From positions 64,001-128,000 of the forward strand of contig CAWHDR010000005.1 in NCBI GenBank assembly GCA_963828165.1: DNA of 64,000 bases, in the 5' to 3' direction. Made by a program: the position numbers and the translations under genes. Below the pieces are notes generated by a model. That model saw nothing but the letters and a program-made list of their open reading frames with translations. It did no database searches and was not told where the DNA came from. Each line of letters opens with the position of its first letter. Position 1 is the first letter of the stretch. The DNA is from an uncultured Chloroflexia bacterium. Lineage in GTDB: Bacteria > Chloroflexota > Limnocylindria > Limnocylindrales > CSP1-4. This document shows positions 10,388 to 19,138 of the stretch, one piece after another.

Positions 10388-10904
10388 TCAGGCTCGATAG
10401 CGCCGGCGGCAGCGTGAGCCCGAACACCCTGGCGAGTGCATCCATGTCCCGCCGGTCGTGGTCGCGGGGCTCGTAGTGTGCGTGGAACGCGAGTTGCAGG
10501 TCGGGGGTCGCGCACCGGACCCGCCGTCCGGCGATCTCCCCATCGGCATCGAGGCTGCCCGCCGGATAGTGGAACACCTCACCGGCCAGCCCGGTCTGGA
10601 CGCCGGCCCCGGATGGCCCCCACTCGATCGGGTGAAGGTCGATCCGGCCGCCATCGCTCTCCACGACGACTCGGGCCGGCCGATCGTCGAGCGATAGGAC
10701 GTATCCCAGCGGCCGCACCGCCTCCATGGCCCGGTCGATGGCCTCTGCTGCCACACCCAGGTCGAGGTCGCCGTGCTGGCGGGTCTCCCGACGGAGCAGT
10801 GCATCGATACCCCACCCGCCCGTGATCCCGGCCCGGATGCCGGCGGTCTCGAGCGCGTCGAGGACCCGGAGGACCTCGGCGCCGCCCATCCCGGCGGTTC
10901 GCAC
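10388..10904 (-). CDS. Nucleotidyltransferase, aminoglycoside-2''-adenylyltransferase/lincosamide NTase-like (probable frameshift near 10400)
   Basis: GGWGIDALL..ETRQHGDLDL, IDLHP, G.IAGRRVRC, QLAFHAHY. The ORF-track end (10314) overlaps cysS; an alternative frame stops at 10388. Confidence 0.8.
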
Positions 10905-10907
10905 CTC

Positions 10908-11312
10908 TCAGCCGCCTCCCGGCCACATCTGGACGTGCTGAAAGTCAGAGTTCCGCCACGCGATGGCGGCCTTTGCCAGCGCAGCCCAGGCTTCCGATTC
11001 CGTGGGCCCGCCGACCACCACCCGTGTCGAGTTCCGCCCGTACATGAACGACGCACGGATCGTGAACGGCTCGCCGGATCCGGGCTGCCCAGCCGGTCGG
11101 ACCGGATCGGCCGGGGACGCCGCCACCTCCGCCGCGGAATCCACCGACTCGACGACGATGGCGATGCCCAGCGTGCGCTGCAGTCGCTCGATCAGGTCGG
11201 GCCCCGTGGGCGGCTCCGGCTCGTCACTCGCGTCCTTTGGCCGCCCGAAGAAGAACAGGACCAGCGCGATGGATCCGATGACGATGAATGGCACCTGCCA
11301 TTCGAACTGCAT
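10908..11312 (-). CDS. Hypothetical protein with N-terminal TM helix
   Basis: ATG overlaps the upstream TGA; hydrophobic N-terminus; fills the operon gap. Confidence 0.7.
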   Translation of the reverse strand: MQFEWQVPFIVIGSIALVLFFFGRPKDASDEPEPPTGPDLIERLQRTLGIAIVVESVDSAAEVAASPADPVRPAGQPGSGEPFTIRASFMYGRNSTRVVVGGPTESEAWAALAKAAIAWRNSDFQHVQMWPGGG

Positions 11313-12307
11313 CAGGGCACGCCCTTGTCGGTCGACTGGTTCACGACCAGAAGATCCCGCCGCGAGCCAAAGCGGTCGATGATCCGGTAGAAGTTGCGCT
11401 TCGACTGTCGATCACGTTCTTCGTCGGAGAGGCTCGTCCAGCCGCGATGTTCGTGCCGCTCGAGCGGCAGCCCTTCGATGCGAACCGCGCGTCGTGGTTG
11501 CTCGTCGTCGTCGGCGCCATCGCGCAGCACGAGGCTCCACCAGATATCGAGGTTCCGATAGAACCGGAACCGCTCATCGAGCGGGCCGAAGGCGGCCGCA
11601 TCAGAGCGCCGGAACGCCTGGACGTAGCCCTCGATCGCATCGACATCGCCGGGCGGAGCGTCTTCGAAGGTGCGCAGGTCCGTCGAGGTGATCCCCCAGC
11701 CTCCGACGACGGCCACGGCCTCATCGTCGAGGGCGCGGACCAGGGGCGTCACGAAGTCGCCGGTCGGCGCGAGGCTGGTGTCGAGCAGAACGACCACCGG
11801 CGCCTCGACTCGGCGGATCCCGATATTCGTCGCCGCTGCGTGCCCCAACCGCTCCGAGGTCCACACGAGCTCGACGGGGAGATCGGCGCCTTCCCCTGTC
11901 GACTCGATCGACTCCAACGCCGCCGCCTGCTCCTCGGATGGCCCGTCGGCCACGATCACCACGGAGGTACCGGCGGGCGCATGCGCCCGCAGGCCCGCGA
12001 GCGCCCGATCGAGATCCGCCGGCCAGTCGGTGGCCACCAACACGACCGATGCGAGGCCGACGGCCTCATCCTCGAAACGAGCGGGAACGTTGCGCGATGC
12101 GCCATACCGAACTCGGGCGCCCTCGTCGACATCCGGCGGGGCGGTCGGCGAAAGCGCGAAATCGGTGCCGCGATCCACGATCGTCCAGCCGGCCGCCTCG
12201 ATCTCGCCGCGCAGCCGGTCGGCCAGGGCCCAATCGCGCGCCGCGCGGGCGCGCGCTCGATCGTGCGCCGCCGTGAGCACGGTTTCCGGGATGTGGACCC
12301 GTGTCAC
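11312..12307 (-). CDS. Glycosyltransferase family 2 with N-terminal CysRS C-terminal-like domain
   Basis: SVVLVAT, VVIVADGP, GHAAATNIG, VVLLDT, GPLDERFRFY (GT2). The N-terminal ARARAARDWALADRLRGEIEAAGWTIVD matches the CysS tail. Confidence 0.8.
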   Translation of the reverse strand: MTRVHIPETVLTAAHDRARARAARDWALADRLRGEIEAAGWTIVDRGTDFALSPTAPPDVDEGARVRYGASRNVPARFEDEAVGLASVVLVATDWPADLDRALAGLRAHAPAGTSVVIVADGPSEEQAAALESIESTGEGADLPVELVWTSERLGHAAATNIGIRRVEAPVVVLLDTSLAPTGDFVTPLVRALDDEAVAVVGGWGITSTDLRTFEDAPPGDVDAIEGYVQAFRRSDAAAFGPLDERFRFYRNLDIWWSLVLRDGADDDEQPRRAVRIEGLPLERHEHRGWTSLSDEERDRQSKRNFYRIIDRFGSRRDLLVVNQSTDKGVP

Positions 12308-12314
12308 GGCAGGG

Positions 12315-13019
12315 TCAACTGCTCCGCCGCGCCAGCGTGAGGTAGTACAGCAGGGTCAGCACCGAGGTGATCGCCGCCGCGACGTACGTCAGCGCCGCCG
12401 CCGTCAGCATCGATTGCGCCCCGCGCTTCTCATCGGGCGAGGTGATGATCCCGGTCGAGTCGAGCATCGCCAGCGCCCGCCGGCTCGCGCCGATCTCGAC
12501 GGGCAGCGTCAGGATCGAGAACAGCACCGCGATCCCGAAGAACAGGATGCCGAGCGTCACCAGCCCGGCGATCTGGAGGATCAGGCCCGCGAAGATCAGG
12601 ATGTAGGCCACGTTGGGGCCAAGGCTGGCCGCCGGGACGAGCAGACCCCGGAGCTTCATCAGCGCGCTGCCCTCGGCATGCTGCTGGGCATGACCCACCT
12701 CGTGCGCCGCGATCGCCATGGCCGCCACGGTCGGCTGCTCGGCGACCGCTTGCGACAGCCCGAGCGAGCGGTCGCGTGGATCGAAATGGTCGGACAGGTT
12801 GCCGGGCACCATCTTGATGGCCGTGATCGCTTCCTGGCCGGGCCTGTCGCCGAACGTCGCACGCTCGCGCAGGAACTCGGCGATCTGCGCACCACTCAGG
12901 CGCGCGCCGTTGGGGACGCGGTTCCAGCGCCCGTACGTGGACCGGATGTAGAGCTGTGCTCCGCCGGCGATCAGCAAGGTCGCGACGATCAGGCCGATGT
13001 ACAGGGGATCGAAGAACAC
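12315..13019 (-). CDS. Membrane zinc metallopeptidase (YugP / Zn_peptidase_2)
   Basis: LSDHFDP, AAHEVGHAQQH, TLPVEIGASRRA, LTAAALTYVAA. Confidence 0.92.
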   Translation of the reverse strand: MFFDPLYIGLIVATLLIAGGAQLYIRSTYGRWNRVPNGARLSGAQIAEFLRERATFGDRPGQEAITAIKMVPGNLSDHFDPRDRSLGLSQAVAEQPTVAAMAIAAHEVGHAQQHAEGSALMKLRGLLVPAASLGPNVAYILIFAGLILQIAGLVTLGILFFGIAVLFSILTLPVEIGASRRALAMLDSTGIITSPDEKRGAQSMLTAAALTYVAAAITSVLTLLYYLTLARRSS

Positions 13020-13125
13020 GAAGTCACTCCAGGCTAGGTTGGTCCCGAAATCCTACGACGGGCGGCCTTGCGGCGCCGTAGCCACGACCACCACATCGCC
13101 TTGACGACTTCGATAGGTTGCGTGC

Positions 13126-13575
13126 ATGGAGCACGCGATGCCCTCGATCGCCCGCCTCGCCCTTTCCGCCACGGTCCATTGCCTGACCGGCTGCGCCATC
13201 GGGGAAGTCCTCGGACTGGTCATCGCGACACAGCTGGGCTGGCACGATGCGGCGTCGATCGCGCTCGCCGTCGTCCTGGCGTTCGTGTTCGGCTACGCGC
13301 TCACGCTGCGGCCGCTGCTGCGCTCCGGGGTCGCGGTCCGCGCCGCGCTGAAACTGGCGTTCGCCGCGGACACGCTGTCCATCACGGTGATGGAGATCGT
13401 GGACAACGCGATCCTGCTGGTGATCCCGGGGGCCATGGACGCGGGCATCACCGACGCCCTGTTCTGGGGCAGCCTGGCGATCGCCCTGGCGGTGGCCGGC
13501 GTGGCCGCGTACCCGGTCAATCGCTGGCTCATCGCGCGCGGCCGCGGACACGCGGTCGTCCACGGCCACCACTGA
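13126..13575 (+). CDS. DUF4396 family membrane protein
   Basis: ATVHCLTGCAIGE, DTLSITVMEIVDN, PVNRWLIARGRGHAVVH; TAGGTT -10 element 6 nt upstream. Confidence 0.85.
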   Translation: MEHAMPSIARLALSATVHCLTGCAIGEVLGLVIATQLGWHDAASIALAVVLAFVFGYALTLRPLLRSGVAVRAALKLAFAADTLSITVMEIVDNAILLVIPGAMDAGITDALFWGSLAIALAVAGVAAYPVNRWLIARGRGHAVVHGHH

Positions 13576-13591
13576 GCCGGATCGCCATGGC

Positions 13592-16500
13592 CTACACGCG
13601 GACGATGTGCAACCTGCCCCGGCGTTCGAAGCGGAATCCGGGCCGTCCGGCGAAGTACTCGTCGACGGCCGTCCGGCAGCCTGACCACGTGTCGTAGTCG
13701 TCGATCACGAAGCGACCACCGACCGACAGCAGCGGCGCGATCCGCGTCAGGCAGGTCATCGTCGAGGCGTACCAGTCACCGTCGAGGTGGGCCAACGCCA
13801 CGGGCTCATCGAGGGCGATCGTGTCTTCGAACAGGCCCTGGATGAGCTCGACGTTGTTGGCCGCGATCGGCAGGTCGTGTCGCGCGAACGAGTCGGTGAC
13901 CTCGGTCAGGAGCTCGTCGCGGTAGCCGTAGTACGTCTCACCGGCGATGCCCCTGGACCGACCCTCGACGATCGTGGCGTAGCGGCGATGGACGTCCTCG
14001 CCATCCCGCTCGCCCGGCGGCGGGATCATCCCGAACACGTCGTAGACCTTCATCGGGCGTGCGCTCGACTTCGCTGCCGCCATGGCGATGGCCGAACCGC
14101 CCCGTGCCGTGCCGGCCTCGATGACGAGGCCGTCGATCCCCTCGGCTTCGATCGTTTCGACGGTGGCGGCGAGCGTCCGCAGGCCGGGCGCCCCGAGGTA
14201 GCTGAGGTGCTCCTCCTGCACGGCGGCGATGACGCGCTCGACCTGCTCGGGCAACGGACCAGCGGCCGGACCGATCTCGATCGGGTTGTAGAGCGAACCG
14301 GCCGGTCCGGTCGCGCCGCCGTCCGCGGTCGGCGGGGAGCCCGCTCGGTCACGAACGCTGGCGGCGTATCCCTGCCACAGGTCGCGCCCGTAGGTCAGCT
14401 CGGGATCCCACGGCTTCCCGAACGTCGCCCAATGGATGAGGCTCGGGTCGGGCACGTCCTCGAGCACCGGCATCGCGTTCCAGCGTGGCTCGAGGACGGC
14501 GCGGTTCGGTCCCGCGTACGCCAGCATGATGTCCTGGTCGTGCAGCCCGTAGCGCTCCACCCACGGCAGGTAGGTGTCGGTGAAGTCGTCCCGGCGCATT
14601 CGATCCAGATCGAGGACCAGCACGCCGGCGTTCAGGGCCGCACCGCCGAAGCCATGGTCTCGGCCCATCCGTCGTCGGAACTCGGTCGCCGACTCCTCGG
14701 CGACGCGGCGGGGTGCCCGTTGCCACTCGCTCGCCTCGCTGACGTTGGAATCCCTCGCGGCGATCGGTCGACCGGCGAGGTTCGTGGACGCCAGCCGGCA
14801 GATGTCGTCGAGCACGAGCGTGTCGATGTCGACGTAGACCACGCGATCGATCTCGTCGAGCAGGTGCGGCAGGATCAGCCGGTCGAGCGTGGAGATCGTG
14901 ATCCGGGTCGGGAGGCGCTGGGGCCTCCCGGCGGAGTGGTACGCGATCTGGTCGCACGGCACGAACGTCATCGGGAGCGACGGGAACGCGCCGGCCAGCC
15001 ACACCTGGTACGCATCCGACAGGCCGCGACCGAGGACCCAGAGACGGAGCGGTCCAGAGGCATTCGCGACCATCGACTCGATCAGCACCGGCGCCTGGGA
15101 CGTCAGGTTCTGGTCAAAGCAGAGGACGACATCGGTGATGGCCTTCTCGTCGACCATGTCGTGCGGCCCGAACCGCCGGCTGCCGGCCTTGCTGGTTGCG
15201 ACCGCCGCAGCCACGTCGACGGTCGTCGGGGGATCGGTTACCGGAGACTCGAATCGGGCCTTCGCCTCGGCGACCTGGCCGCGAGTCAATTCGCGCCAGA
15301 GGTCGTACACCTCGCGCTCCCCGGCTCCCGCCAGCACCGTCTCGAAGGTCGTCGCGAGGAGGTCGCGGATGCCGTTCCGGAGCTCCACCAGGCGGGCGTC
15401 GCCCGGCTGCAGGCCGGTCAGGCCCGCGAATCGGATGTCGCCGGGACTGGGGTTCTCGAAGTCGACCGGAACGCCGAGTGCGGTGAGCGGGAGATACGCG
15501 TGCAGGCGCCCAGTGACCGCTCGATCGAGCTCCCGCTGATAGGCCGCGAGCACCGCGCTCGCGTTGCGGACACCGTCGGTCAGGGAGGTGTACCGATACT
15601 CGTCGGCCTGGTGGCTGTAGTGGCGGACCTTGCGGACATCGCGACCGGCGGCCTTGGTCGGACGATCGATGACCCCGACGACGCCGTTGCCACGGTATGC
15701 CGCTTCGCGCGGCGGGAACAACATGTCGAGTGTCGTGGTCAGGCAGCCGCTGAAGAACGCGTCGATGCCGGCGCTCAGCAGCAGGAACACCGTGCTCCAA
15801 TCGCGGCAGCCGACCGGTCCGTGCCGGCGCAGGTAGTCCTGGGCCTCGTCGGTCAGCATGTCCAGCCGATTGACGTGGAACGAGATGAACAGCGGGCGGA
15901 TGTTGGGGTGGTACGGGAAGTCGTACCGAAGGTCGAAGAGCGGGTGCATGTGCCAGCCGAAGGCGATCATCCAGGTTCCTTCAGGGACGTTGCCGCCGCT
16001 GCTGAACTCCCGATCGACCGGTACGAGGTGCACCGATCCCTTCGCGTCGGGTACGCGAAGATCGGGCTGGATCCGTTCCTGAAGCTCCGTCGCCAGCGCC
16101 CCGAGCCCGTCGTCGCCGGAGAACGTCACGTCGGTGTGCCGGGCGAGGTTGCCGAGAAGGGCCAGCGTCTGGATGTAGTCGCCGAGATTGCCCGATGTCA
16201 GCAGGTGATCCGGTGTCTGGTAGCCCATGACCGCGATCGGGATCGAGCCAGCCGGGACCTCCCGTGGTCGGAGGTCGAGCCACCCCTCGATCAGGGTCCA
16301 CGAGTATCGCCGCGGCTCGTCGAGATCCACCGATGGGCGCCGACGGAGCTCCGCCACCAGTTCGGCGGCACGTTCTCGCTCCCCGAAGACGAGGAAGCGA
16401 CCGGCGAGGTCGACCAGGATGTCCGCGGGCATGGTGTCGGTGGGAGCGCCGATGGTCAGTGCGCGCTGACGGGCCTCGGCGGACCCGTCGGCCAGGGCCC

Positions 16501-17092
16501 CATCGACCGCTTCGACCGGGATGAACGTCGCCAGCGCGGCGTCCTCGAGATCGCGGATCCTGGTCCAGGCCCGAACGAATTGCCGTCGACGATGCAGGAG
16601 CAGCGCATGCCCCATGGCCGAAGCGGCGGCGCCACCTGGCAGGCCGCCAGCGCCCTCGGCGATCGCCCAGGCGTCGCTGAACTCCTTGGCTTCGGCCAGG
16701 GTCGCCACGCTCCGGGTCACGGCACGCTCGAGCGGCTCGCCACGCGCGATCGCCTCGGCCAGGACGGCCTGGCCTCGTTGCCGGCCCGCCTGCTTGACGG
16801 CCTTGGGCGCGACGGCCGGGTCCAGGCGTGGCCGCTCGGTCAGGGCGCCCGGCCCGAACACCGCCTTGGCAAGTCGCGACCACTCGCCGACGTACCAGGA
16901 GTCCGGCCGCTTGGTCCCCGCCGCGAGACCAGAAGCGTGCGTCGTGGCCGTCCCGGAGGCCGGGCGGCCGGTCCGGCTGCGGACCACTGATGCGGCTCGC
17001 CGCCGCACCTTGCGGAGCGCGTCGCCCCTCGTCTCGGAGCGTCCGAGGTCCGCCAGCAATCGACGGACGGACGCTACTTGCCTGGCATTCAC
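13592..17092 (-). CDS. Multidomain glycan-modifying enzyme: helical N-terminus + polysaccharide pyruvyltransferase-like + GT8 + TylF/MycF O-methyltransferase
   Basis: NLGDYIQ/PVGCRD/FSGCLT (pyruvyltransferase-like); VYVDIDTLV, LNAGVLVLDL, DQDIM, IHW..KPW (GT8); IEAGTARGGS, GLFEDT, HLDGDWY, DDY..W.GC..AVDEYF (TylF). Confidence 0.85.
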   Translation of the reverse strand: MNARQVASVRRLLADLGRSETRGDALRKVRRRAASVVRSRTGRPASGTATTHASGLAAGTKRPDSWYVGEWSRLAKAVFGPGALTERPRLDPAVAPKAVKQAGRQRGQAVLAEAIARGEPLERAVTRSVATLAEAKEFSDAWAIAEGAGGLPGGAAASAMGHALLLHRRRQFVRAWTRIRDLEDAALATFIPVEAVDGALADGSAEARQRALTIGAPTDTMPADILVDLAGRFLVFGERERAAELVAELRRRPSVDLDEPRRYSWTLIEGWLDLRPREVPAGSIPIAVMGYQTPDHLLTSGNLGDYIQTLALLGNLARHTDVTFSGDDGLGALATELQERIQPDLRVPDAKGSVHLVPVDREFSSGGNVPEGTWMIAFGWHMHPLFDLRYDFPYHPNIRPLFISFHVNRLDMLTDEAQDYLRRHGPVGCRDWSTVFLLLSAGIDAFFSGCLTTTLDMLFPPREAAYRGNGVVGVIDRPTKAAGRDVRKVRHYSHQADEYRYTSLTDGVRNASAVLAAYQRELDRAVTGRLHAYLPLTALGVPVDFENPSPGDIRFAGLTGLQPGDARLVELRNGIRDLLATTFETVLAGAGEREVYDLWRELTRGQVAEAKARFESPVTDPPTTVDVAAAVATSKAGSRRFGPHDMVDEKAITDVVLCFDQNLTSQAPVLIESMVANASGPLRLWVLGRGLSDAYQVWLAGAFPSLPMTFVPCDQIAYHSAGRPQRLPTRITISTLDRLILPHLLDEIDRVVYVDIDTLVLDDICRLASTNLAGRPIAARDSNVSEASEWQRAPRRVAEESATEFRRRMGRDHGFGGAALNAGVLVLDLDRMRRDDFTDTYLPWVERYGLHDQDIMLAYAGPNRAVLEPRWNAMPVLEDVPDPSLIHWATFGKPWDPELTYGRDLWQGYAASVRDRAGSPPTADGGATGPAGSLYNPIEIGPAAGPLPEQVERVIAAVQEEHLSYLGAPGLRTLAATVETIEAEGIDGLVIEAGTARGGSAIAMAAAKSSARPMKVYDVFGMIPPPGERDGEDVHRRYATIVEGRSRGIAGETYYGYRDELLTEVTDSFARHDLPIAANNVELIQGLFEDTIALDEPVALAHLDGDWYASTMTCLTRIAPLLSVGGRFVIDDYDTWSGCRTAVDEYFAGRPGFRFERRGRLHIVRV

Positions 17093-17276
17093 CGCCTGGA
17101 TCCCCGTCGATTCGACTGACCTGCGAGACCGCTCACGACGCGTGATCCGACGGATGGTGCACGGGCTACCTCTGCTTCGTGGCGACGTTCGATGGGGCCG
17201 CGCAAGAGTGTAGTCGGCAGCCTCAGCCCGCGGGTGAGCGCGGGTACGCTGCCGCTGGCTGCGTCCTAGACCGCCG

Positions 17277-18446
17277 CTACAGGATGCGGCGCTCGCCGTC
17301 GGGCAGCCGCGCCCACCAGTGGCCGTAGCGGCGGTACACCCCGGGCTCGCGGTCAGCCAGGAACGCGCGCAGTGCGCGTGCCTCGGCGTCCAGGCCGGCC
17401 CACGCGTCCTCGGCGACGGGATGGAGCGCGGTCACCTCGATGCCGTCTTCCACCGGCCGCCATACGCCGGCCACGTACCCGTCGACGAGGACGGTCGGGA
17501 GAACGTCGCCGTTGGTCCGGATCACGTGGCGACGCAGGTCTTCCGGGATGATCCGGGCGCGGTCCGCGTACGCCAGCAGCGTGCTGTCCCACATCGCCAT
17601 CAGCCGCGGCGGCGCGGGCGTTCCCTCGCCGGGGAGCTCGCCGTCGGGCACGTCCAGGAGCACGACGCCATCCGGCCCATCGAGCGTGACGAGCGCGTCG
17701 CCCAGCGCCTGGACCGCCTCCCGCACGCGGCCACGGGTGATGAGCGCGAATTGCGCGACGTCGGCGACCGTGGCCGGCCCGAACCCCTCGAGATAGCGCA
17801 CGACCAGGTGCCGGAGGGACGCCGCGACGTCGCCCGGCCGGCGCAGATCGCGCGCCGCCAGGAACGCCGGCGCCTGCCCGAACGACCAAGGGCCCCCGGT
17901 GGGTGCCAGCACGAATGGCGCGTACCTGCGGAGGGCCCACCAGACGCCCGGCCGGGGCAGGACACCCAGCCGCTCATCCAGCCAGGCCTCGATATCCGCG
18001 TTGGAGCGCGGCTCCGACGCGTATGCCAGCAGCGGCGGCACGAGGGCGTCGGCATCCTCGACCGACAGCCCGGCGATGGTGAAACGGGTGTCGTCCAGCC
18101 GCGCCGCGCGGAGAAGCGGTTGCATCGCCTCGTGGAAAGCCGGGTAGTCCGCGGCGTCGACAGCGTGAAGTGTGGAGCGCATCTGGGTCGCCTTGACGAT
18201 CGCGTGGGTGGCGAACGCCCGGTCGAGCTCCGCGGGATCGAACGGGCTTAGCCGGTTCCAGAGCGCGATGTACGGAGACGGTGGCGCCTGCGCCTGGAGC
18301 GCGACCACGCGATGGACAGCCTCCACGATGCCGAGTCGCCGCCGGCGGAGGAGGAGCTGGCGCGCGAGCGTGGCCCGGTTCAGCGCGCGAGGAGTCAGCG
18401 GCGCGCGGGCATGCTGCGGCGTGTCCGCTGGTGAAGGCGTCGCCAT
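17277..18446 (-). CDS. AlkZ-like (HTH_42) DNA glycosylase / winged-helix protein
   Basis: LNRATLARQLLL, LQAQ (QxQ), MRSTLH, YLEGFGPATVAD, VLVDGYVAGVW; ATG overlaps the upstream TGA. Confidence 0.88.
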   Translation of the reverse strand: MATPSPADTPQHARAPLTPRALNRATLARQLLLRRRRLGIVEAVHRVVALQAQAPPSPYIALWNRLSPFDPAELDRAFATHAIVKATQMRSTLHAVDAADYPAFHEAMQPLLRAARLDDTRFTIAGLSVEDADALVPPLLAYASEPRSNADIEAWLDERLGVLPRPGVWWALRRYAPFVLAPTGGPWSFGQAPAFLAARDLRRPGDVAASLRHLVVRYLEGFGPATVADVAQFALITRGRVREAVQALGDALVTLDGPDGVVLLDVPDGELPGEGTPAPPRLMAMWDSTLLAYADRARIIPEDLRRHVIRTNGDVLPTVLVDGYVAGVWRPVEDGIEVTALHPVAEDAWAGLDAEARALRAFLADREPGVYRRYGHWWARLPDGERRIL

Positions 18447-18868
18447 CACATTGGTTCGATCTCTGTGGTCTCGACGGCACAACCGGCGTCGTGGACGCGC
18501 AAGACCGCGTGCGTGAGGCTCCCCGAAGCGATGGCCAAGGTCCCTTCGCAAGGGACTCCGTTCACCCGAAGGCTCACCAGCCCCGGAAGTTTGATCAAGC
18601 TCGCCTCGATGGCGGCGCCGCTCGGGATCCGGGTGGTCTGCGCTTCGACGACGAATCCCTCCGGCAGCGCGACGAATTCGATCACCAGCGGCCTCGTCGC
18701 ACGCCGGGGATCTCCCTCGACCAGCGCGCTACCTGGGCCTGGCTGGTTCTCAGTCCCAGCAATGTGCGTCTCCCCTGGCCCGATGCCGGGCAGATAGCCG
18801 CAGGCGGCCGCGGTCAGCGAAAGCGCGATCACGGGAACGAGACGGCGGTTCCGAGAGGTATTCAGCAC
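18446..18868 (-). CDS. Hypothetical lipoprotein
   Basis: Basic N-region, then LVPVIALSLTAAAC lipobox; stop coupled to the next gene. Start uncertain. Confidence 0.6.
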   Translation of the reverse strand: MLNTSRNRRLVPVIALSLTAAACGYLPGIGPGETHIAGTENQPGPGSALVEGDPRRATRPLVIEFVALPEGFVVEAQTTRIPSGAAIEASLIKLPGLVSLRVNGVPCEGTLAIASGSLTHAVLRVHDAGCAVETTEIEPM

Positions 18869-18988
18869 GCTCCTGATCCCTCGAGGGGAACTGCGGTCGT
18901 CCGATCCCTGATCACGATGGTGGCGCATCGACGGCGGCTCGCAATGCACTCCCGCCACGCCGCGCCGGCTCTCGCGGTGTGTTGGGCG

Positions 18989-19064
18989 TGGCGCCCCCGG
19001 ACGGATTCGAACCGCCGACGCAGGCCTTAGGACGGCCTCGCTCTATCCACTGAGCTACGGGGGC
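18989..19064 (-). tRNA. tRNA-Arg (CCT)
   Basis: GCCCCCG...AGGCC-GTCCTAA-GGCCT...GGTTCGAATCC...CGGGGGC-G-CCA, a 76-nt cloverleaf. Confidence 0.96.
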
Positions 19065-19138
19065 GCGGCCGCCATCGTACCGCCGAGATCCCGGTTTCCG
19101 GCGCCAACGCTCGCAGGATGCTCACGTACGATGCTCCG

